NCBI RefSeq assembly: GCF_018350175.1
Contig: NC_058368.1
Span: forward strand, 134,108,001 to 134,172,000
DNA from: Felis catus
Lineage: Eukaryota
Length of the DNA stretch: 64,000 bases
Direction: 5' to 3'
Positions 50,881-61,489 of the stretch are shown here, piece after piece. Numbering within the stretch: the stretch's first letter is position 1; every line of letters starts with the position of its first letter. The position numbers were made by a program, and so were the translations under genes. The notes under the pieces are model-generated. The model saw nothing but the letters and a program-made list of their open reading frames with translations. It was not told the origin of the DNA and did no database searches.

Positions 50881-52679
50881 TAAAAATATGAAAAGTCTCA
50901 GATGTATTACCATCACCATTTTCTCCTTAAATTCTAGAAACTCCTATTCCTCCTTAAATATAATAATATCCTTCAAACAAAACACTTTGTCTAAATTGGT
51001 TTTCTGCAATATCTGATTTAGAAGCTGAAGAAACATATTATTTGAAAGCCCACACACAAATGTTTTATTTTTTTTTAATTTCTTGACCAAAAAGGAAAGG
51101 ATAATTGTCTTTGTGTTTTATATAAAACATTACCTCATAGCTGTCAGTTTGTGACAGAGTGAACTCATGTGTGCTGATACTAAGAATCTTGATGATGCTT
51201 TTTGGGAATCCCAACAGGCTAGACTCGTTAACATTGTGGAACTGAAACTCCCATAATCAATCAAACCCTCATCATGAACCAAAACACCCTCAATGCAGCT
51301 GCCATTTATAATTAAGTGGTAATGATCTTTATAGGAAAGATTACAGTGGCATAAAAAGCACCTGCTGTCACAATTAGCTTTTCAAAAAGCAAAGGCTGTT
51401 TCACTGCCATATCTTTAAATAATAATTATTATTAGGCCAATTTAAAGCAAATTAGTAGGCGGTTTAGCGTTAAATATACAATATATTTATGTCAAGAGCA
51501 CTATTGTAAAGACAGTTAATTTTCCTCACTGGAAATTCGGTGTGTTTTATCAGATGACAGCTATGCTCCTTCCTGAGTTGAGTTCTGCCACCCAGAAGAC
51601 AGAAGAGGGTCTTGGGGGAACAGAGGCTCTGAACCTGAGGTGGGCTCCTGCCCAGGCAGGGGACCATTCTTGGGAATTATGTAACTGGTGTTTATTTCAT
51701 TTTCTAAACATGGATCTCTTTGGCTTTTAATCACTGACATTTCTCCTTCCTTCCAGCATTTTATGTTGGTTATATCATTGTATTCCTGAAAAGTGTTATT
51801 GACATCCCAACAAAAAACAATAAAAAAATGATGCAATAGCAGCATCAATACGGAGTATAGATGGGTTGTTACAGGGTTGTCGCTGCCAGTTCTCACAAAT
51901 GTCAGGGTGACCTCTGAGAATTAGGGAAAATTGGAGTTATAAATGTAGTTTGACATGCCTGTAAAGCAGATTGCTGTATTGTGTTCTTGTCTGAGGACAC
52001 ATCATTTCTAATCACTGGTCCAGTTTAAGTCAGATTTTGAGGCTGAGAACTGAGAAGACTAGGGCTGTGTCAGCTTGGCTTATCAGGGAAAACTTGGGAG
52101 GGGACAGTTATTGAGTCCCTACCCTTGGCTTACTTGACATAAAGCCATACACCTTCCCATAGGATAATTAACCATCAGGTGATGGGGTTGGGGGTGGGAG
52201 TTCCTGTACTTGACTCAATTCAAAAATGAATTCACACATATTTTATGTGGGGTGCAATAGCATATGCCGTGGCAAGTGGGGCTGAGAGGTTCACAGTTTG
52301 TTTTATCTAGCAAATGAGGTCTTTGGATTACCGTTTAGTTGGTGAAATTGATCACTTGGTAATGCATTTCTAAAGAGTTGAGCAGATGCCATAGGTAAGT
52401 TGGGAATGTTTATTTTGCTCATCACGTATTATAGTTATCTACCTATTTTATTTTTCACACATACAAAAAATGGCTTCCTGAGAGAAACAGTATCTAGGTA
52501 ATGATTTGCCCATTTCTGCCTCTTTAGCATGGGTTGCATTTAATGACGAAATAGATTTTCTCCATGTCATTGATCATGGGTTAAATTTCTGTGGAAATGA
52601 CATTGCTTCTTTGAGATCCTATGGAATCTCAAACTTACTGGAAAGAGGCTCCTTAGATGCTCTCTAATGCCATTGACAT

Positions 52680-54140
52680 CTTTATGTGTTCCCACTTGGA
52701 GACATTTTTCTTTAGTTTCCATAGCATTTGTTCTCCAGTCTTATTCCTTTTCTCTGTGAACAGTGTTGGATTTGAACCCCTTCTGTTGACTTCTTTTCCA
52801 TTTAAAGGCTCCCCTAGTGCCTGCCCTAAGATTTTCCTCACCACACTCTCTGCTTGGAGAGGGTCTTGGCATCAACTTTCACCTGCTAAGTTTATCCTTA
52901 CCTCAACTCTCGTTCAAGTTCCTGGCTTCCATTTATTGTTGCTATTTACCTTCATTCACAGCAGCCATTTCAGAGCAACATGCCCTAAACTTGCCATCTT
53001 TCTTCCCAACCTGCCTGCCTCTCTCCTCCTCCTTCCTTTGACAACTGCTCCTCTCCCTTCCCAGCAGCCAGGCATGAAGTCTCAGCATCAACCTGGATCC
53101 CCCTTCCTCCTTCCTATCATCCTCCCTCAGTGACCCTGCCGTGTCACCCTCACTTCTGCAAGGACATGGTGTACCAGAATGGTTAAAAACAGTGTTCTGG
53201 AACCAGAGGTTGGATTCCTTAATGGGTGCCCTGAGGTAATCTTTAACCTTTCTGTGCCTCAGTGTCTGCATCTGTAAAACTAAGATAAAAGAACTTACCT
53301 CAAAGCACTCTTGTGAGGATGAAATGAGTTCCTTACTTATTCTCAGAGCACAGCAACATGCACAGGAAACACCCAAAAGATGTAAGCTGTTATGATTGTT
53401 ATTAGTTGTTGCGGGTGCCCCCTCCAGTTCTCCCTGTGATGATGTTGATCCAGGCACTTGTCATTTCTTGGCTGGACACTGGAATAATTCCTGAATGACC
53501 TCCTCATCCCCAGGATCTTGTCAGTCCATTTCACCTTACATTCTGCTGCCAGAAATATCTGGCAGATGGCCAAGATTTTTACTTTCCTGCTCAGAAAGTT
53601 TTAACTTAGACAATAAGGTCTTTAACTCCTTTGTTTGTCCTTGAAGGTTCTGTACGATTTTCCACCGCCATTGATCAGTATTCCCTTGCAGGGCCCTTTC
53701 AGCCCAGCCAAGGTGAATGTTATACTTTTCTCCATTTTTGTTCTGCCCACCTCCTTGCCCATCTTGCCCACCTCCTTGCCTTTGCTCACAGGGGATCATC
53801 AGCCTGGATCCCCTTCCTCTTCACACTCTTCCCTATCTGGCCAAGGATTCTTTGTTTCTGAAGGCCTGCTCACAAGGCTCTACCCATGGAAACTTCTTTT
53901 ATCATCTCCATGGCCCCACAAAAGGTATGTGTCCTTCGTTTTATCTCCCATAGCAACTTATTTATATAGCTCTTATGATTCTTTTTACTTTCTGATACAT
54001 ATTTTAGTTATGTAAGTACCTTGATTATTCCTAGGTTTAGAGCACATTTATACTTGGTGCAATTTTAAATTCCTCTCATAGGTACATAATGCCTTACTCA
54101 TAGGCAGTGGTCAGTACATAAACATGGCATGAGTGAGTGA
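52680..54140 (+). mobile_element. Degenerate L2 with a MIR (about 53165-53405) inserted
   Basis: L2-like pyrimidine-rich segments; MIR core taacctttctgtgcctcagtgtctgcatctgtaaaa; explains ORFs 52657.. and 52942.. Confidence 0.65.
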
Positions 54141-54253
54141 TTCCCCCTGAGTCTGTGTGTCCAGCAAAGGGCATTCAGGTAGGAGATGCCCAATATGTCT
54201 TAAAAAAGGAACAGAAAAAAAATATATATTCTTTATTCCCAGGCAAAATTATT

Positions 54254-55040
54254 TATTTATTTAATTTATTTTTTAAATTTAAATTCCAGTTAACATGTAG
54301 TGTAATAATGGTTTCAGGGGCAGAACCCAGTGGTTAATAACTTCCATATAACATGTAGTGCTCATCTCAACAAATGTCCTCCTTAATGTCCGTCACCCAC
54401 TTAGCCCATCCTCCCTCCCCTCCAGCAACTCTCAGTTCCCTGTATTTAAGAGTTTCTTAAGGTTTGTCCCCTTCTCTGTTTTTATCTTATTGTTCCTTCC
54501 CTTCCCTTATGTTTGTCTGTTTTGTTTCTTAAATTCCACATGACTGAAATCATGTGATATTTGTCTTTCTCTGACTGGCTTATTTCACTTAGCATAATAC
54601 ACTCTACTTCTGTCCATATTGTTGCAAATGGCATGATTTCATTCTTTTTGATCACTGAGTAATATTCCATTGTATATAGGTATATACCACATCTTCTTTA
54701 TACATCGGTTGATGGACGTATGGGCTCTTCCCATAATTTGGCTATTGTCGATAGTGCTGCTATATAAACATTGGGGTGCATGTGCCCCTTCAAATCAGCA
54801 TTTTTGTATCCTTTGGATAAATACCTAGTAGTGCAATTGCTGGATCATACTGTAGTTCTATTTTTAATTTTGTGAGGACCCTTCATACTGTTTTCCAGAG
54901 TGTCTGCACCAGTTTGCATTCCCACCAACAGTGCAGAAGTGTTCCCCTGTCTCTGCATCCTCACCAACATCTGTTGTTGCCTGAGTTGTTCATTTTAGCC
55001 ATTCTGATCGGTGTGAGGTGGTACCTAATTGTGGTTTTAA
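54254..55040 (-). mobile_element. 5'-truncated carnivore L1 3' end
   Basis: ORF 54482..54670 MEYYSVIKKNE.. (ORF2 end); TSD caaaattatt at 54244 and 55044. Confidence 0.93.
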
Positions 55041-56826
55041 TGACAAAATTATTCATTATTCACAGCAAAACCTCTCTGACTCTTTCTAGTAAGAGTTGCA
55101 TTTGAACTTACAGAAGCCACAGCATTTGGGAGTCTACATAGACCTTGTAAGGAGTGGTCCAATCCCCTGTGGGAAAAAAGAGGCCCAAAGGGGAGAGTGG
55201 CTAATCCAAGATGGCAGATCCAGTTATCAGTAGCAGAGTATCTCAGTGGCTAAGACTGCTGGTGAGTTCTGTACTCTTGGGCTCATTGGCTTCCCTTTCG
55301 ATTGTTTTAAAATAATCTTTTTGTGGTCTAGGAGTAGTAATCAGAGAGTTTGAGTCAAGTTTCTTTCCAACTAAAATAATTTCCAAAGGGAAAAATTATT
55401 CACCATTTATAAAGAAGTTATGATTAGCATAATGGTACATCTTGAATAATGAGACAATTTAGACTGCTGAATATTTGTGCTACTTAAATATAAGAAGTGT
55501 TGGAAACACTGCAAGCAATGTGGTAGGGAGACATTAGTGTACATGGCTTCTTACTGAAGTTCACTTCACAAAAACTTTTCATATGCAGGTCTGGTTATTT
55601 GTACACACCTTCCCTTCTCTTCTGTCTATTACAAAGTTTTGTTTCTTTCCCTCTTTTTCGAAGTGTCATTTAGAGAATGATTTCCTCATCTATTTAGTGT
55701 AGATACAGTGTTAACCTCATTGGATCTATGAGAATTTAGTAAAAGAATGTGCATAAAAGCACCTGATGCAAAACAAGTACTCAGTTACTATGATTCTCCA
55801 TTTCTTCTTTGTTTCCATAGAATATATGTTGCCATTCCCTACTGTTTGTTCAAATTAGACATGTCAATATCTCCTAGTAGTTTTCAGTTGCCCCCAAGCA
55901 GAGCCTTAGAATCCCTTTGAGCACTACCCTCCAGGCGGTACTATCAATCAGATGGGGTTCACACGAGATAAAACTTATTTGTCGTCCTGTCCTGGTAAAT
56001 GATAGATGATTTTTCCCCCACTTCTAAATATGGTTCAACTACATTGGTCTGCTTGTTTCTACCCCATCTCAGTCTAGAAGTTTGCCTTCTGACTTTGGTT
56101 TAGTTTACGTTCTAGTCGTATTCTCTCTTGGTTTCTATTTCTTTTTCCATATTCTAAAAATATTTCAAAGAAACAAAAAATATGACTTAACTGGGCTTGG
56201 ATATATAAAGTTATGCTATGTTGCATTGATTGTCGTAACTTTATTAGTTTGGTTACTCCTCCATTCTCTCAAAGAAAAGTATTTCCCTTTTGTTTTACCA
56301 AAAAATATGAAAGATTGTAGCCCAAAACGCATTTTTTGAAAATTTGAAGACCAGGGTGAAAAACCAGAAGTGAAAGAATCTGAACGTAATATTATGTAGA
56401 CAATTCCTATAAATCAGAGAGACCTTGGTTTGAACTTATACTCGTTTTGAATTTTGGAATACCTCGAGTACTTTCTAGTCATTAACTATAATCTGTGGAA
56501 TCAGAATAAAACTGTCTCCTGGTTATAAGGACTTACAAGAGGTGGGTCATGAAGAGTGCTTTCTTAACACAGAGCCTGTCACTGAAAAAGGATTCAAACA
56601 ATCACAGAAATTATCAATTTATCCAAGTGTATTTTCAGTGTCAAAAACAAGGAAAGTAATTCTGTAAATTTTCCACTGGAAAAATTGCATCTTATTTCCT
56701 TCTTGTGAAAGAATGCATGACCTTTGACAAAAATCTCAAACTTTTAAAAAGCAAAAAAAAAATTGCTTAATGAGCTAGTTTGCCAGACATTGAGAGACCA
56801 AGTGGAAGATCTTTAACATGTGGATC

Positions 56827-56827
56827 C

Positions 56828-56886
<59 letters not shown>

Positions 56887-56897
56887 CTCTCTCTCTT

Positions 56898-56936
<39 letters not shown>

Positions 56937-57005
56937 CTCTCTCTCTCTCTTTCTTTCTCTCTCTCTCTCTCTCTCTTTCTTTCTCTCTCTCTCTCTCTCT
57001 TTCTT

Positions 57006-57093
<88 letters not shown>

Positions 57094-57102
57094 CTTTCTT
57101 TT
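56827..57102. repeat. ~275-bp (CT)n/(CTTT)n polypyrimidine microsatellite
   Basis: Seen directly; explains the poly-ER and poly-SL ORFs. Confidence 0.97.
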
Positions 57103-57402
57103 AGTAAAATAATTACCCTCAAATAGTCTACAGAAGCTACGATATCTTGTGGAAAATAACCTTAATGGTATAATGGAGCTGAGTGTTAAAGCTGAGCTCA
57201 GTTAGCATTAGGAGTATACTTTCAACTGAAATGTATTTCAGTGGAAGGATGTACTAAACTGTTAAAGGAATATGTCTTGAGTGGGACAGAACAGAGCCAG
57301 AGGTGAAGATTCCTTTTTTAATCTATATTTTTGTATCACTTGAATTTTTGCGATAAACATGGACTATTATTTTTTGATAGTGAATTTTTAAAATGCCATT
57401 AC

Positions 57403-57621
57403 ATTTTAATTTTTTAAATGTTTTTATTTCTTTTTGAGAGAGAGAGAGACAGAGAGACAGAACACAAGTGGGGGAGGGGCAGAGAGAGAGAGGGGGAGAC
57501 ACAGAATCCCAAGCAGGCTCCAGGCTCTGAGCTGTCAGCACAGGGCTCGAACTCACAGACTGTGACATCATGACCTGAGCTGAAGTCTGACACTAAACCG
57601 ACTGAGCCACCCAGGCGCCCC
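57403..57621 (-). mobile_element. Can-SINE
   Basis: TSD taaaatgccattac at 57389 and 57622. Confidence 0.96.
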
Positions 57622-57964
57622 TAAAATGCCATTACGTTGTAAATGCAAGTCATTTTTACTTTTGGCCCAGGGTAGAATAATGACACAGCTGAAATTTGTG
57701 GTCTGGGTTTTCTGCCTCTTTATTCTCTACAGTTTGATTCCATTTCCTTCTCTCCATACTGAAACATCCATATTATTTTTCTATCATAGTTTACTGCCAA
57801 AAATGACATCAGAAATGTATACATTCTTTAACATAAATAATTTCTAAGAGCACACATGTTTTGTCCTTCTGAAATATATTTGTTGTTTAATGAAGATCAA
57901 AGTCATAGGTCAGACATGTAAACCCCTCTACTTGAATTTCTATTATCTATCAGCAAGAGAGAGG

Positions 57965-58186
57965 TTTTTTTTTTTTTACATTTTCAAATGTTTATTTATT
58001 TTTGAGAGAGAGAGAGGGAGAAAGAAAGAGCATTGCAAGGTAGAGGAGGGGCAGAGAGAGGGAGACAGAGGATCTGAAGCAGGCTCTGAGCTGACAGCAG
58101 AGAGCCCAACGAGAGGCTCAAACTCATCAACCAAACCGTGAGATGTGAAGTCAGATGCTTAACTAACTGAGCTACCCAGGCATCCC
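57965..58186 (-). mobile_element. Can-SINE with internal deletions
   Basis: TSD aagagag(a/g)ggtttt. Confidence 0.92.
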
Positions 58187-58429
58187 AAGAGAGGGTTTTT
58201 AAAGTGACGACTTTCTGGATCCATAAAGTCATATCATTAATACGTTGGATGCAGTCTATTCTGCCTTGTAGGATTATTGACTGATGCTTGGTGATACTGC
58301 ACCAGTATGTGTAGATCTTGTAAATGATTATAAGAAATATAATGTTGTTGTTGTTCTAGTGAAGAGCTCTTCAAGAATTTAGAGCAAATGAATAACAGTA
58401 TCTACCTTAATTTTAAAATGATTGCTCCT

Positions 58430-58650
58430 GGGGCGCCTGGGTGGCTCAGTCGGTTAGGCGTCCGACTTCAGCTCAGGTCATGATCTCGCAGTCCGTGAGT
58501 TCAAGCCCCGTGTTGGGCTCTGTGCTGACAGCTCAGAGCCTGGAGCCTGTTTCAGATTCTGTGTCTCCCTCTCTCTCTGACCTTCCCTCATTCATGCTCT
58601 CTCTCTGTCTCAAAAATGAATAAACGTTAAAAAAAAAATTAAAAAAAAAA
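58430..58650 (+). mobile_element. Can-SINE (tandem copy 1)
   Basis: ggggcgcctgggtggctcagtcggtt...aatgaataaacgttaaaaa. Confidence 0.97.
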
Positions 58651-58663
58651 AGATTGCTCCTCC

Positions 58664-58874
58664 TGGGGCGCCTGGGTGACTCAGTCGGTTAGGCATCCGA
58701 CTTCGGCTCAGGTCATGATCACACACTTCATGGGTTCAAGCCCTGCGTTGGGTTCTGATGACAGCTCAGAGCCCGGAGCCTGCTTTGGATTCTGTGTCTC
58801 CCTCTCCCTCTGCCCCTACCCTGCTCGCTCTCTGTCTCTCTCTCCCAAAAATAAATAATCATTAAAAAAAATTT
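58664..58874 (+). mobile_element. Can-SINE (tandem copy 2)
   Basis: ggggcgcctgggtgactcagtcggtt...aaaataaataatcattaaaa. Confidence 0.97.
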
Positions 58875-58949
58875 AAAATGATTGCTCCTAAGATAAAATA
58901 AAATAAAAAAGAAAGGAAAAGAAAATGATTCCTTCAGCTATTTGATTGA

Positions 58950-59205
58950 AAGTAGGCCTTAGGCAAGCCAGAACTGGAAACAGACCCCTTAGGAGACTAC
59001 TGCAATAATTTAGTTGGGAAAGTATGGTAGCTTGGGTAGGGTAGGGGAAGTGATGCTAGTAAGAATTTGTCAGATGCTGGATACATTTGAAGATAGAGCC
59101 ATTAAGATTTCCTGATGGACTGGCTATAATCAAGTTGCAAGAATCAATGGTGACTCCCAAGGACTTTGGCCCCCACAGTTGGAAGGGTGAAGTTGCCATC
59201 AAGTG
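58950..59205 (-). mobile_element. L2 fragment
   Basis: ttaggagactactgcaataattt...gatacatttgaagatagagcc...gatttcctgatggactgg...gactcccaagg. Confidence 0.7.
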
Positions 59206-59696
59206 TGATGGTGAGTGGGATTTCACGCTGATTCTCCTCACAAGGTTCAGGTGAAAGTTTTCTAGGAGGGGCTAAGGGGAAGTATTGGTCCTCATCTTGA
59301 TGGTCTCTCTGTGTTCATCTCCTGTGTCTGAGTTCTCCAGCTGTTTTTAATTTGTATCTGACTTAGGTCAAATGAGCAACATTTTTGTGTCAGGATGAGT
59401 ACACTAACCGAAGAGAATTCTTTATCACTTTCTTCACTTGCTGAAAGATCAAATTTTAGGTTCAGAATCTTCATAAACTGTCCTAATAGAGCTATGATGA
59501 TTTATGTTCTGATTAGTATTAATGCATCTGTAGAGTACTAGAATTTAAGAACATGCACCTCTCGTAACTGCCCTGGAAATAAATATGTGCTGCAGGACTG
59601 TGGAAATATTTGAGGAGGGCCTGTTCTCATCACTGCAATGCTCCAGTGTTACTGTGTTAAATGCTACTCTCAGCCCAAACTGCATTAGAAATTTTC

Positions 59697-59947
59697 TTTC
59701 TTTCTTTTTTAATGTTTATTTACTTAGAGAGGGAGAGAAAAAGCACTAGCAGGGTAAGGGCAGAGAGAGAAAGGAGAGAGAGAGAGAATGAATGAATGAA
59801 TGAATGAATGAATGAATGAATAAATGAATCCCAAGCAGGCTCCACACTGTCAGCACAGAGACTGATACAGGGTTCAAACTCCTGAACCGGGAGATCATTA
59901 CCTGAGCAGAAACAAAGAGTCAGATGCATAACTGACTGAGCCACCCC
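59697..59947 (-). mobile_element. Can-SINE with internal (GAAT)n expansion
   Basis: TSD agaaattttc; (GAAT)n at about 59785-59829. Confidence 0.93.
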
Positions 59948-61489
59948 AGAAATTTTCCTTCTGTTTAAGTATCTCTTGCCCACTTATGTATGGATGACAT
60001 CAGACCAATAAAGCCACTGAGAAATCTGCCAATTGTATGTTATAATTTACTTATATTACCCATACGAAGAATGTTGCCTGTTTCTTATCCATCCATCTAA
60101 TAAGGATGAAATAATAGAGAAGACATTTGTTCATTTCTCCTTTAAAAATGTTTCATATCTAGCCTAGACTATAGGGCAAATAAGGTTTTCATTTTTGCAA
60201 GAACACTATTATACATTCTCCTTGAACCCCAAATGGCATGAGAACATTTTGTGATTATATTTTCTGAGCACAGTTAAAGAAATCAATGGAAACCAAGCTG
60301 AATGGCTATAAAATGTTCTGGAACAAGTGTTAAATAGAATCAAGGGACTAAAGAGAAGGACTGGGGATGTTTTATGCTGCAAGCCTTTTAAAAAAGGATA
60401 TGGATAGAATAGTTTTCAAGGACTAGAATAAAGCTGTTCCCTTTACCAAACTATTTATTTTAGTCCTTGCATGATCTTTCCTTTTCTTCTTTGGCTGATT
60501 AGTATTCCCACTAATCACAATGAGGTAAACAGTCTTTAACAAAGAAAGATTTTTACTTTGATGCATCGCACAAGGGTTCTTAATGAAGACAATACAACAA
60601 ATGATGTAAGTGGTCTGAATAGGACCTGAATACCGTTTCTCCAACTTTCGACAGGAAGGATAAAAGCAACTTAATGCACCCCTCAAGAAAAATAGCAGAA
60701 CATATTTTCTCATTCTCACTTGTTCCTCTATCCTTCTTATCCCCTTGTACACACAAGCAGGATGTGCACAGTGGTAATTATTTCACTTAGAGTGAAGTGG
60801 TCTTTCAAAACCTGACAGGAAATGTAGTGAAAGAAAGGTTGGGACTGGCCACTTGAAACTAGCGGATGTGTAACCCTCCTCAATCCTCTGTTTCTTCAAA
60901 AAGAAAAGTGAGTAACAGACTTTCCTGTAAGTTGCAGAGTATAAGTAGTTAAAAGAACTCCTGTAACCACCTTCCTTTCTTATCTCCACAGCAAAGGCAA
61001 GACACCGTTTGAATATAATCATCAGAGGGACCATATGTTCCAGTCATGGTGTATGACTCTTGTCCTTGTATATTTATTAAAATTGTCAATTCTTCTCAGG
61101 TTGAATAATTAATTATATGATCATCTGAGCCATAAGAGGTTCTGATCTCCAGAGAAGCTTCTCTTTGACTAAATGAATGGGCTGAATGTCCCTTTCAAGG
61201 TTATGAGAGATTCATGTGTGTAGAGCTGATAATCACGCATAGGAACAAATTTAGACTGGTTCAGCTTCAGGAAGTAAACTCCTGTAGTCCTTTGTCATAT
61301 GTGGCTAACTATTCAGGTATGTTTTGGCTTTTCTTTCCCTTCTTCCTAAAAGGGGTAGAGTTTAACCATGATTAAAGTGCACTGGTCCCAAATTTCAGAG
61401 GTTGGAAAGTTTCAGGTATTTAAGAGTTTCTGTTGAGCCGTAACTGTTGAAGTGTGTGTGCACACACCCTCTACTTGGGATAAGAGGAG

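Noticed and set aside
52657..53457. Overlapping 158-aa and 171-aa ORFs
   Set aside because: Lie in L2 and MIR sequence; compositionally biased with no homology I can recognise
53086..53822. ~25-bp similar segments catca(a/g)cctggatcccc..ttcctc at about 53086 and 53797
   Set aside because: Both lie in pyrimidine-rich degenerate L2; short and low-complexity, so chance similarity cannot be excluded
56775..57126. Poly-ER and poly-SL ORFs
   Set aside because: Translations of the (CT)n microsatellite
1049..59947. tRNA genes
   Set aside because: The tRNA-like A/B boxes are Can-SINE heads followed by SINE body, tail and TSDs
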